From contig URVJ01000003.1 in the NCBI GenBank assembly GCA_900551295.1, positions 68,593-132,592 of the forward strand: DNA of 64,000 nt, given 5' to 3'. Under the pieces are notes generated by a model. The model had not been told where the DNA came from and did not search any database. It worked only from the letters and a program-made list of their open reading frames with translations. The translations under genes and the position numbers were made by a program. The stretch comes from an uncultured Eubacteriales bacterium (lineage in GTDB: Bacteria; Bacillota; Clostridia; Oscillospirales; CAG-382). Shown here piece after piece: positions 20,337-29,808 of this stretch; the first letter of the stretch is position 1; each line of letters starts with the position of its first letter.

Positions 20337-21512
20337 ATGAATACAAAAGAACTCGATCAGAAATACATAATGTCAACATATTCGCGCCACGAGCCGGTTA
20401 TTGACCATGCAAAGGGCTGCGTACTGTACGGCGAGGACGGAAAAGAGTATCTCGATTTCGGCAGCGGCATAGGAACGCTCAGTCTCGGCTCCTGCGACAA
20501 AGGTTACATTTCGGCTGTCACGGCGCAGCTTGAAAAAACTCAGCACGTTTCAAACTACTTTGCAAGCGCTCCAGCCTCTCATCTTGCCGAAAAGCTCATG
20601 ACGCTTACCGGATATTCCAAAGTCTTTTTTTGCAACTCAGGCGCCGAAGCCAACGAATGTGCGATAAAAATTGCACGCAAATACAGTTTTGACAAGTACG
20701 GCAAAAACAGAAACGCCATAATCACCTTTGACAAGTCGTTTCACGGCAGAACCGTAACCACTCTTTCCGCAACGGGTCAGGACGTTTTTCACAACTACTT
20801 TTTCCCGTTTACAGAAGGTTTCAGATACTGCGAATTCAACAACAAAGACGCTCTTAAAGCGGCGCTTACCGACGACGTTTGTGCTGTCATGTTCGAGTGC
20901 ATACAGGGCGAAGGCGGCGTAAACGTTATGGACAGAGATTTTGCGGCATTTATGAAAGAACAGTGCGAAAAGCGCGACATACTGCTTGTATGCGACGAGG
21001 TTCAGACCGGCGTCGGAAGAACCGGAACGCTGTATTCGTTTGAGTCTTTCGGAATAAAACCGGACGTTTTCACAAGCGCAAAAGGTCTTGCGGGCGGACT
21101 TCCGATAGGCGCTGCGATAGTCGGTGAAAAGTGCGCGGACATTCTCACTCGCGGAACTCACGGCTCTACTTTCGGCGCAAATCCCGTTTCATGCGCCGCA
21201 GCGAACTACGTTATCTCAAAAATAAGCGAAAAAAGCTTTCTTGAAAACGTAAAACAAAACGGCGAATATCTCGGAAACGCGCTTTCAAAAATAGGCGGCA
21301 GCAAAAATCTCGGCGTCCGCGGCAAAGGGCTTATGCTCGGCATAAAAACAAGCGTTCCCACGTCGGAATTTGCCGACAAGGCTCTCGAAAACGGCTTATT
21401 TGTACTCACAGCCGGCAAAGACGTTATAAGAATTCTGCCTCCGCTTGTTATAACCAAAGAGGAAATCGACAAGGGCGTCGCTATTCTTGAAAAAACCTTC
21501 TCTCAATTCTGA
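20337..21512 (+). CDS. argD: Acetylornithine aminotransferase (class III PLP enzyme)
   Basis: NSGAEANE, DEVQTGVGRTG and TSAKGLAGG (PLP lysine). Located within the arg cluster. Confidence 0.85.
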   Translation: MNTKELDQKYIMSTYSRHEPVIDHAKGCVLYGEDGKEYLDFGSGIGTLSLGSCDKGYISAVTAQLEKTQHVSNYFASAPASHLAEKLMTLTGYSKVFFCNSGAEANECAIKIARKYSFDKYGKNRNAIITFDKSFHGRTVTTLSATGQDVFHNYFFPFTEGFRYCEFNNKDALKAALTDDVCAVMFECIQGEGGVNVMDRDFAAFMKEQCEKRDILLVCDEVQTGVGRTGTLYSFESFGIKPDVFTSAKGLAGGLPIGAAIVGEKCADILTRGTHGSTFGANPVSCAAANYVISKISEKSFLENVKQNGEYLGNALSKIGGSKNLGVRGKGLMLGIKTSVPTSEFADKALENGLFVLTAGKDVIRILPPLVITKEEIDKGVAILEKTFSQF

Positions 21513-21536
21513 AAAATTCAAAAGGAAGATACAAAG

Positions 21537-22445
21537 ATGAAAAAAGACTTACTTAAAATGCAGGATCTTTCCAAAGACGAGCTTATGAACTTGCTTGAGC
21601 TTGCGGAAAAGCTGAAATACGAAAAAAAGCACGGAATACCGCACGAAATTTTAAAGGGCAAAACCCTCGGCATGATTTTTGAGAAATCCTCGACGAGAAC
21701 CCGTATATCCTTTGAAACCGGCATTTATCAGCTCGGCGGAACAGGTTTATTTTTAAGCTCCAAGGAAACGCAGCTCGGCAGAGGAGAGCCTATAAAGGAC
21801 ACTGCGCGCGTACTTTCACGCTATCTTGACGGAATTATGATACGCACTTTCGGTCAGGAGATTGTCGAAGAGCTTGCGGAATATGCGTCAATCCCCGTCA
21901 TAAACGCTCTTACGGACTATGCGCACCCGTGTCAGGTTCTTGCGGACTTACTTACGATAAAAGAATACAAAGGCGGATTTGACGGCAAAAAAATGTGCTT
22001 TATCGGTGACGGAAACAACATGGCAAACTCTCTTATCGTCGGCGGACTGCTTGCCGGAATGGACGTTGCGGTTGCAACGCCGAAAGATTACCGTCCGGAC
22101 AAGTCTGTACTTGACTTTGCCGCAAAATACGGCTCTAAGTTTGCGCTTACGACAAGTATTACCGACGCCGCACGCGATTCCGACGCCGTATTTACCGACG
22201 TATGGTCAAGCATGGGCATGGAAGGCGAAATTGAAAAGAGAAAGAAAGATTTTGCCGGATTCCAGATAAACGACGAGGTCATGGCTGCCGCAAACAAGGG
22301 TGCTATCGTTCAGCACTGTCTGCCGGCTCACCGCGGAGAAGAAATCACAGCCGAGGTCTTTGAGGCTCATGCGAACGAGATATTTGACGAGGCTGAAAAC
22401 AGGCTTCATGCTCAGAAAGCCGTTATGGCAACGCTGATGAAGTGA
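21537..22445 (+). CDS. argF: Ornithine carbamoyltransferase
   Basis: FEKSSTRTR, HPCQ and HCLPAHRGEE motifs. Confidence 0.9.
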   Translation: MKKDLLKMQDLSKDELMNLLELAEKLKYEKKHGIPHEILKGKTLGMIFEKSSTRTRISFETGIYQLGGTGLFLSSKETQLGRGEPIKDTARVLSRYLDGIMIRTFGQEIVEELAEYASIPVINALTDYAHPCQVLADLLTIKEYKGGFDGKKMCFIGDGNNMANSLIVGGLLAGMDVAVATPKDYRPDKSVLDFAAKYGSKFALTTSITDAARDSDAVFTDVWSSMGMEGEIEKRKKDFAGFQINDEVMAAANKGAIVQHCLPAHRGEEITAEVFEAHANEIFDEAENRLHAQKAVMATLMK

Positions 22446-22473
22446 CGCTGAGCTGAGCGCGGTTTTTTGAGCG

Positions 22474-22641
22474 GCTTTTGATTATTTGGGGCTAAAACGG
22501 GAAATTCTCTTCAAAGTGCAGCTTTGTACTGACGCTTTTCTGCGGAGTAAAGTCCTCCTACGAGGAAAAAGTGGGCGTATAAAGTCGCACATGGCAGTGA
22601 ATAATCTGTTTCCGCCTAAATCAAGCAACACTCACCCAAGC
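22474..22641 (+). repeat. MITE-like intergenic repeat, copy A, with imperfect terminal inverted repeats
   Basis: The 76-nt core 22495-22570 is about 87% identical by eye to 56293-56368. The right end 22597-22641 is an inverted copy (about 80% by eye) of 56263-56307, the left end of copy B. Copy A's own left end (22474-22510) is a degenerate inverted match to its right end. Confidence 0.6.
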
Positions 22642-22642
22642 G

Positions 22643-22677
22643 AAAAAAATAAGCACCCCGTCAAGTAAGGTGCTTAT
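22643..22677 (-). terminator. Intrinsic terminator of the 22661-23005 gene
   Basis: 9-bp stem ATAAGCACC/GGTGCTTAT overlapping the stop codon, followed on the minus strand by TTTTTTT. Confidence 0.7.
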
Positions 22678-23005
22678 CATAGTAAACCGTAAAAGTTTTT
22701 TGTTCGGAGGAATTAAGCTCCGTGCCGGAAAAGACCGCGCCGTCAAGGCTCATAAATTCCCAGACAGATAATTCGTCAATTCTGAACCTGAACGCGCTCG
22801 ACACGCCGAATGTCAGCTCGATAATGCCGTCGTCAACAATGTTCAAATGTCCGTCGCGTCCGATTATCAGATCTTCTCCGTCGGGATTCTTTATGCTTGC
22901 ATATTTTACGTGCGTGTCATGCAGCTTTTTGCATATCATTCTGCTCTGCGCCGCGTTTTTGCCGCCGGACGAAAATTTCCCGAAAACCGCGGATATTATA
23001 CCCAT
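22661..23005 (-). CDS. Hypothetical small soluble protein
   Basis: ORF with a GGAGA RBS and its own terminator. I recognise no family with confidence; it may be a PH-like beta fold. Confidence 0.4.
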   Translation of the reverse strand: MGIISAVFGKFSSGGKNAAQSRMICKKLHDTHVKYASIKNPDGEDLIIGRDGHLNIVDDGIIELTFGVSSAFRFRIDELSVWEFMSLDGAVFSGTELNSSEQKTFTVYYDKHLT

Positions 23006-23174
23006 ATTCAAACTATCTCCGTATCAGAAAATACGAATTTATTTTACCACAGGCATTATCAATAACGCAATATATATATTGTAACATTTTTGTGTGCGGC
23101 AAATGTTTGTAGATACGTCCAAAAATGCCGCGTTTATATGCGTCAAAGTCTACACTTCACCGATGTGCGGCTTA

Positions 23175-23203
23175 TTGACAAACACCGCGTATTATTATAT
23201 AAT
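23175..23203 (+). promoter_or_regulatory. purA promoter
   Basis: TTGACA (23175-23180), 17-nt spacer, TATAAT (23198-23203). Confidence 0.6.
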
Positions 23204-23288
23204 AGTTTGTCGGGGGCTGTGCGCAGATGCGCACTCTCCGTCTGAAAAGGAACACACAAAATATAAATTGAAAGGTGAGCTAATCAAA

Positions 23289-24569
23289 ATGCTAACTGCA
23301 ATTTCAGGAATTAACTGGGGCGACGAAGGAAAGGGACGTATGGTCGATCTTCTTTCGGAAAACGCCGACTACGTCGTAAGATACCAGGGCGGAAACAACG
23401 CCGGTCACACCGTTATCAACGAGTACGGAGAATTCAAGCTCAATCTTCTCCCGTCGGGTATTTGCCGCAAAAACGTCGTCAACATCATGGGAAACGGAAT
23501 GGTTATAGACCTTGCGCATCTTGTAGGCGAAATTGAAAGAGTCAGAGAAAAGGGCGTTTCCGTTTCTCCCGAAAATCTCAAAATAAGCGACAAAGCGACT
23601 ATCGTTCTTCCCTACCATGTTCAGCTTGACATTCTTGAAGAAACCCGCCTCACACAGGTCACCGGCAAGCCCTACGGCTCTACAAGACGCGGAATAGCTC
23701 CCGTCTACGGCGACAAATACATGAAAAAGACCATCAGAATGTCCGACCTTTTCTTTGAGGACGATCTTCGCGAAAATGTGAAAGACATCGTTACATGGAA
23801 AAATCTTCTCATTCACAACGGCTACGGTGCGGACGAAGTTAAGCCCGAGGACATAATGGACTGGCTCCACACCTACGGCGAAAAATTAAAGCCTTACGTT
23901 ACCGACGTCGGCAAAATTCTCTACGAGGCAAACAAATCCGGCAAGAGCATTATTTTCGAGGCTCAGCTCGGGGCTTTGCGCGATATTGATTTCGGTATTT
24001 ATCCTTACACTTCATCATCTTCCACAATTTCGGCTTACGCTCCCATAGGCGCCGGTATTCCCGGAATGAAGCTTGACAAGAGCATAGGCATTATGAAGGC
24101 GTATTCGACTTGCGTAGGCGCAGGTCCGTTCACCGTAAGAATGTCGGGAGATGAAGCCGAAGAACTCAGAAAAGCCGGCAACGAATACGGTGCGGCAACC
24201 GGCAGACCGAGAGAAGTAGGCGCGTTTGACGTGGTTGCGTCCAAGTACGGCGTAATGCTTCAGGGCACCGACGAGGTTGCGCTGACAAAGCTTGACGTGC
24301 TTTCGTATCTTGACAAGATTCCCGTCTGCGTTGCATACGATATTGACGGCGAAATTACAACAGATTTTCCCTGCGGAAAGCGTCTTGACATCGCAAAGCC
24401 GGTTATAAAGTACCTTGACGGCTGGAAATGCGACATTTCGGCTTGCAGAAAGCTTGAAGATCTTCCCGAAAAGGCAAGAGAGTACATTGATTTCATCTCA
24501 AAGTCCGTCGGCTGTTATATCAAATATATTTCCGTCGGCGCAAGCAGAGAGGCATATATAGAAGCATAA
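23289..24569 (+). CDS. purA: Adenylosuccinate synthetase (Clostridia-type clade)
   Basis: NWGDEGKG P-loop, YQGGNNAGHT, TKLD, and GAATGRPRE in the aspartate loop. Start at MLTAIS after an AAAGGTGA RBS; the ORF-track 5' extension is unsupported. Confidence 0.85.
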   Translation: MLTAISGINWGDEGKGRMVDLLSENADYVVRYQGGNNAGHTVINEYGEFKLNLLPSGICRKNVVNIMGNGMVIDLAHLVGEIERVREKGVSVSPENLKISDKATIVLPYHVQLDILEETRLTQVTGKPYGSTRRGIAPVYGDKYMKKTIRMSDLFFEDDLRENVKDIVTWKNLLIHNGYGADEVKPEDIMDWLHTYGEKLKPYVTDVGKILYEANKSGKSIIFEAQLGALRDIDFGIYPYTSSSSTISAYAPIGAGIPGMKLDKSIGIMKAYSTCVGAGPFTVRMSGDEAEELRKAGNEYGAATGRPREVGAFDVVASKYGVMLQGTDEVALTKLDVLSYLDKIPVCVAYDIDGEITTDFPCGKRLDIAKPVIKYLDGWKCDISACRKLEDLPEKAREYIDFISKSVGCYIKYISVGASREAYIEA

Positions 24570-24631
24570 CAACAAGGGTGTTGGGGTTTTAACTTCGGCA
24601 CCCTTAACTTTAAAAATACGGAGGAAAAACT

Positions 24632-25720
24632 GTGTCAAAGGCTTATTTGATTTTGGAAAACGGCAGGATTTTCGAGGGTGAATCCTTCGGAGCAAAAGCC
24701 GAAACAACCGGCGAAGTCGTATTCACGACCGGAATGACGGGGTACCTTGAAACGCTCACCGATCCGAGCTATTCTGGACAGATCGTAGTTCAGACCTTTC
24801 CGCTTATAGGAAACTACGGTGTGATACCCGAAGATTTTGAAAGCGAAAAACCTCATCTCAAAGGCTATGTCGTAAGAGAAGTCTGCGACAAACCGTCAAA
24901 CTTCAGATGCGGCGGAAAACTCTCGGATTTTCTCGAAAAGAGCGGCATCACGGGAATTTGCGGCATAGACACGAGAGCGCTCACGAGAATAGTCCGCGAA
25001 CACGGCGTCATGAACGGCAGCATTGTTTTTGACTGCGAAAATCTCGAAGAAAAGCTGAAAACCGTAAAGAATTACTCCGTAAAAGACCCGGTAAAGCTTG
25101 TAAGCGCTAAAACTGCGGTTTTGACCTCTCCGTTTGCAAAATACAAGGTTGCATTATATGATTTCGGTGCAAAAAAGAGCATTGCTGACGAGCTTATCGA
25201 ACGCGACTGCGAGGTTCATGTATTCAGTGCCGATTCAAGCGCCGAAGATATATTAAGCATAAAGCCCGACGGCATAATGCTTTCCAATGGCCCGGGCGAC
25301 CCCAAGGACAACGTATTTGTCATTGAACAGCTTAAAATACTTGCAGAGAAAAAAATCCCGATATTCGGAATATGTCTCGGGCATCAGCTCCTTGCTCTCT
25401 CTCAGGGCGCGGACACGCACAAATTAAAGTACGGTCACAGAGGCGCAAACCAGCCTGTCGTAGAAACCGCCACAGGCAAGGTATTCATCACAAGCCAAAA
25501 CCACGGCTACGCCGTATCAACGGAAAATCTTCCGTCAAACTGCCGCGTATCTTTCATTAACGCAAACGACTCGACCTGCGAAGGTATCGAATACACCGAT
25601 ATGCCGGCATTTACGGTACAGTTCCACCCCGAGGCAAGCGCAGGTCCGCTTGACACAAAGTTTTTATTTGACAAATTCTTGGAGCTTATAAAGGAGGTAA
25701 ATTTCAATGCCGTTAAATAA
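24632..25720 (+). CDS. carA: Carbamoyl-phosphate synthase small (glutaminase) subunit
   Basis: GTG start after GGAGG. GICLGHQLL catalytic Cys motif and QFHPEA. Confidence 0.9.
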   Translation: MSKAYLILENGRIFEGESFGAKAETTGEVVFTTGMTGYLETLTDPSYSGQIVVQTFPLIGNYGVIPEDFESEKPHLKGYVVREVCDKPSNFRCGGKLSDFLEKSGITGICGIDTRALTRIVREHGVMNGSIVFDCENLEEKLKTVKNYSVKDPVKLVSAKTAVLTSPFAKYKVALYDFGAKKSIADELIERDCEVHVFSADSSAEDILSIKPDGIMLSNGPGDPKDNVFVIEQLKILAEKKIPIFGICLGHQLLALSQGADTHKLKYGHRGANQPVVETATGKVFITSQNHGYAVSTENLPSNCRVSFINANDSTCEGIEYTDMPAFTVQFHPEASAGPLDTKFLFDKFLELIKEVNFNAVK

Positions 25721-28700
25721 GGATATAAAACGCGTAATGGTAATCGGCTCAGGCCCTATAATTATAGGTCAGGCTGCGGAATTCGACTATGCCGGCGCAC
25801 AGGCTTGCCGCGCGCTCAAAGAAGCCGGTCTTGAAGTTATCCTCGTAAACTCAAATCCTGCAACCATTATGACCGACAACATAATGGCGGACAAAATATA
25901 TATCGAACCGTTAAATCTTGAAACGGTAAAGAGAATTATAGAAAAAGAACGTCCCGACAGTCTGCTGTCCTCGCTCGGCGGTCAGACAGGTCTTACGCTT
26001 TCAATGCAGCTTGCAAAAGAAGGCTTCCTTGACAAAATGGGCGTAAAGCTTCTCGGAGCAAAGCCCGAAACCATAGACAAAGCCGAGGACAGACAGATGT
26101 TCAAGGACACCATGGAATCTATCGGTCAGCCCACCATTCCGTCGAAGGTAGTTACGGACTTGAATTCGGCTCTCGCATTTGCCGAGGAAATAGGCTACCC
26201 GGTTATCGTCCGCCCCGCATTCACACTTGGCGGCACGGGCGGAGGTATTGCGCAGAACGTTGAAGAACTCACAGAGACCGCGACAAACGGACTCAGGCTC
26301 TCGCCCATTACCCAGATACTCGTGGAAAAGTGCATATCCGGCTGGAAAGAGATAGAATTTGAAGTAATGCGCGACAGCAAGGGCAACGCCATAACCGTGT
26401 GCAGCATGGAAAACTTTGACCCTGTCGGCATTCACACCGGCGACTCTATTGTTGCGGCTCCCTGTCTTACGCTTTCCGACAAGGAATATCAGATGCTGCG
26501 TACCGCGGCGCTGAAAATCATAAACACACTGAAAGTCGAAGGCGGCTGCAACTGCCAGTTTGCGCTCAATCCCGACAGCTTTGACTATGCGGTAATTGAA
26601 GTAAATCCGAGAGTTTCGCGTTCCTCGGCACTCGCGTCAAAGGCTACGGGCTATCCTATCGCAAAGGTTGCGACAAAAATCGCAATAGGCTACACGCTTG
26701 ACGAAATAACCAACGCCGTTACGGGCAAGACAAGCGCGTGCTTTGAACCGGCGCTCGACTATGTTGTGGTAAAATTCCCGAAGTGGCCGTTTGACAAATT
26801 CGTTTACGCCAAAAGAAAGCTCGGAACTCAGATGAAAGCGACGGGCGAGGTCATGGCTATCGGCCAGAGCTTTGAAGAGGCTCTCATGAAAGCCGTAAGA
26901 GGTGCGGAAATAAAGCACACAAGTTTAAATCAGCCCTCTCTTTACACACTTTCCGACGACGAACTCATAAGCATGATGAGAGAATGTACAGACGAGAGGC
27001 TTTTCGTGATATACGAGCTTTTAAAGCGCGGAAAGAGTACCGAATTTATCCACGAAGAAACAAAGATAGATATGTTCTTCCTCGAAAAGCTCATAAACAT
27101 TCTTGATATGGAAAATGTGCTTAAAAAAGGCGAAATTTCCGACAAGCTCTATCTTAAAGCAAAAAAAATGGGATTTACCGACAAGCACATCGAAGAACTG
27201 AGCGGAAAACCCGTCACGAACAAGCTGTATGCAGGCTTTAAGATGGTTGACACGTGCGCTGCCGAGTTCTCCGCGGAAACGCCTTACTTCTACTCGTCAT
27301 ACGACGAAGAAAACGAAGCTGCGGAATTTTTAGACGAGATAAAAGACAGAAAAAAGACTATAATCGTATTCGGTTCCGGTCCTATCAGAATAGGTCAGGG
27401 CATAGAATTCGACTATGCGTCGGTTCACTGCGTGCGCTCGCTCAAACAGCTCGGCTATGAGGTGGTTATCGTCAACAACAACCCCGAAACCGTCTCGACC
27501 GATTTTGACACTGCAGACAGACTTTACTTTGAACCGCTTACCGACGAGGACGTCATGAACATTCTCAAAACCGAAAAGCCTTACGGTGCGGTAGTCGCGT
27601 TCGGCGGTCAGACAGCAATAAAGCTTACATCGTTCTTGGACAAAATCGGCGTGAAAATTCTCGGCACAAGCGCGCAGAGCATTGACGCGGCAGAGGACAG
27701 AAAACTGTTCGACGCACTTCTCGAAAGACTTAATATCAAGCGTCCTGCCGGTTATACGGTATTTACCGAGGACGAGGCTCTCGCCGTTGCAAAGCGCATA
27801 GGCTATCCCGTTCTCATGCGTCCGTCATACGTTCTCGGCGGTCAGAACATGATAATAGCTCAGAACGACGACGATATAAAAGAGTATATGAAAATTATAC
27901 TCACCCACACCGACAAGAACCCTATACTCATAGACAAGTATCTCATGGGACTTGAAATAGAAGTCGACGCCATATGCGACGGCAAGGATATTCTTATCCC
28001 CGGAATTATGGAACACGTTGAAAGAACCGGCGTACATTCGGGAGACTCCATTGCGGTATATCCGGCGCAAAAGCTTTCGGACAGCATGAAAGAGGAAATT
28101 CTCGAAACTACGAAAAATCTTGCTCTTGCACTCAACACCCGAGGTCTTGTCAACATTCAGTACCTCATTCACGACGACGGACTGTACGTTATAGAAGTAA
28201 ACCCGCGTTCCTCGCGAACCATTCCCTATATCAGCAAGGTTACGGGAATACCCATGGTCGATATTGCAACGCGCACCATGATAGGCAAAGAATCAAGCCC
28301 CGAAAAGACAGAAACTTTGGAGGAGATCGGATACGGCACGGGAATTTATCCGGACAGCCCGTACATTGCGGTAAAGGTGCCGGTATTCTCGTTTGAAAAG
28401 CTCGGCGGAGTTGACTCGATGTTAGGTCCCGAAATGAAATCGACCGGCGAGGTTCTCGGCATTGCAAGCTCTCTCAAAGAGGCTATCTGCAAAGGCCTTA
28501 TAGCCGCAGGCTACAAAATGACGAGAAAGGGCGGAATACTTATAACCGTCCGCGACAGCGACAAGGAGGAAATCCCCGAAGTCGCCGAAAAGTTCTACAA
28601 TCTCGGATTCAAGATATATGCCTCCGAAGGAACGGGAAAAACGCTGCGTGCTGCCGAAATCCCCTGCGAAACGGTAAACGGCAGCGAAAACAAGCTTTCG

Positions 28701-29768
28701 CTTATTGACAGCGGAAAGATCGACTATGTAATATCTACCTCGGCGCACGGCAGAACGCCGACGAGAAACAGCGTTATATTAAGACGCAAAGCAATCGAAA
28801 GGAGTATCCCCTGCCTTACCTCTCTCGACACCGCAAATGCAGTCGCGGACAGTCTTATCTCGCGCTTTACACCGGTTTCGACTGAGCTTGTGGACATTAA
28901 CAACATGAGAAAAGAAAAAGTAAAGCTTGAATTCACAAAGATGCAGGGCTGCGGAAACGACTACATCTACTTCAACTGTTTCTCTCAGAAGATAAACAAC
29001 CCCGAAGGCTTATCGGTAAGCCTGTCCGACAGACACTTCGGCATAGGCGGAGACGGCGTTGTGCTTATATGCCCGTCAGACGTTGCCGACGCCAAGATGA
29101 GAATGTTCAACCTTGACGGAAGCGAAGGCAAGATGTGCGGAAACGCCATACGCTGTGTAGGAAAATATCTCTACGACAACAAGATGATAGACAAGACCAC
29201 AACTACCATAGAAACGCTGTCGGGCATAAAGACATTGCAGCTCAACGTCAAGAACGGCAAAGTGGTTTCGGCGTGCGTAGACATGGGCAAAGCCGAGCTT
29301 AAACCCGAACTTATACCCGTAAAGCTCCACGGCGACAAGATCGTTGCTTATCCCGTTACAATAGGCTACAAGGAATACCGCATTACCTGCGTTTCAATGG
29401 GAAATCCGCACTGCGTTGTATTCTACGGAAACGACGAAAGCGTAGACGAGCTTGATCTCGAAACGATAGGCCCGATGTTTGAGAGAAACGAGCTGTTCCC
29501 CGAAAGAGTAAACACGGAATTTATAAAGGTTATCAACGACCACACATTGAAAATGCGCGTATGGGAACGCGGAAGCGGTGAAACATGGGCTTGCGGTACA
29601 GGCGCGTGCGCGGCTGCGGTTGCGGCTTGTCTGTGCGGTTACTGCAAGAAAAACACGGACATTACCGTAAAATTAAAGGGCGGCGATCTCATAATACGCT
29701 ACACCGACGACGCGGTATATCTTACCGGAAACGCCGACATAAGCTATACCGGCGAAATTACTATCTGA
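25707..29768 (+). CDS. carB: Carbamoyl-phosphate synthase large subunit fused in frame to diaminopimelate epimerase
   Basis: Residues 1-1066 form a complete CarB: two ATP-grasp halves, the oligomerisation domain and the MGS-like domain ending ...TSLDTANAV...ELVDINN. Residues 1067-1353 (from the ATG at 28905) form a complete DapF: FTKMQGCGNDY, KMCGNAIRC and ETWACGTGACAA, with both catalytic cysteines. There is no stop codon between them. Confidence 0.85.
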   Translation: MPLNKDIKRVMVIGSGPIIIGQAAEFDYAGAQACRALKEAGLEVILVNSNPATIMTDNIMADKIYIEPLNLETVKRIIEKERPDSLLSSLGGQTGLTLSMQLAKEGFLDKMGVKLLGAKPETIDKAEDRQMFKDTMESIGQPTIPSKVVTDLNSALAFAEEIGYPVIVRPAFTLGGTGGGIAQNVEELTETATNGLRLSPITQILVEKCISGWKEIEFEVMRDSKGNAITVCSMENFDPVGIHTGDSIVAAPCLTLSDKEYQMLRTAALKIINTLKVEGGCNCQFALNPDSFDYAVIEVNPRVSRSSALASKATGYPIAKVATKIAIGYTLDEITNAVTGKTSACFEPALDYVVVKFPKWPFDKFVYAKRKLGTQMKATGEVMAIGQSFEEALMKAVRGAEIKHTSLNQPSLYTLSDDELISMMRECTDERLFVIYELLKRGKSTEFIHEETKIDMFFLEKLINILDMENVLKKGEISDKLYLKAKKMGFTDKHIEELSGKPVTNKLYAGFKMVDTCAAEFSAETPYFYSSYDEENEAAEFLDEIKDRKKTIIVFGSGPIRIGQGIEFDYASVHCVRSLKQLGYEVVIVNNNPETVSTDFDTADRLYFEPLTDEDVMNILKTEKPYGAVVAFGGQTAIKLTSFLDKIGVKILGTSAQSIDAAEDRKLFDALLERLNIKRPAGYTVFTEDEALAVAKRIGYPVLMRPSYVLGGQNMIIAQNDDDIKEYMKIILTHTDKNPILIDKYLMGLEIEVDAICDGKDILIPGIMEHVERTGVHSGDSIAVYPAQKLSDSMKEEILETTKNLALALNTRGLVNIQYLIHDDGLYVIEVNPRSSRTIPYISKVTGIPMVDIATRTMIGKESSPEKTETLEEIGYGTGIYPDSPYIAVKVPVFSFEKLGGVDSMLGPEMKSTGEVLGIASSLKEAICKGLIAAGYKMTRKGGILITVRDSDKEEIPEVAEKFYNLGFKIYASEGTGKTLRAAEIPCETVNGSENKLSLIDSGKIDYVISTSAHGRTPTRNSVILRRKAIERSIPCLTSLDTANAVADSLISRFTPVSTELVDINNMRKEKVKLEFTKMQGCGNDYIYFNCFSQKINNPEGLSVSLSDRHFGIGGDGVVLICPSDVADAKMRMFNLDGSEGKMCGNAIRCVGKYLYDNKMIDKTTTTIETLSGIKTLQLNVKNGKVVSACVDMGKAELKPELIPVKLHGDKIVAYPVTIGYKEYRITCVSMGNPHCVVFYGNDESVDELDLETIGPMFERNELFPERVNTEFIKVINDHTLKMRVWERGSGETWACGTGACAAAVAACLCGYCKKNTDITVKLKGGDLIIRYTDDAVYLTGNADISYTGEITI

Positions 29769-29808
29769 CAAATTATCATTACGCCAAAGACAGGAGTGAA
29801 CACACATT

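Noticed and set aside
22486-22668. ORFs 22486-22668 and 56154-56384 share the peptide TDAFLR.KVLLRGKS, which could suggest a small conserved protein.
   Set aside because: The similarity is at the DNA level, and the repeat extends beyond and out of frame with the ORFs. Neither ORF has an RBS, and they start and end at unrelated positions. I treat these as an intergenic repeat, not a gene.
24570-24631. The hairpin AAGGGTG...CACCCTT between purA and carA as a terminator.
   Set aside because: No U-tract follows it and the loop is long, so it is at most a weak pause or processing site.
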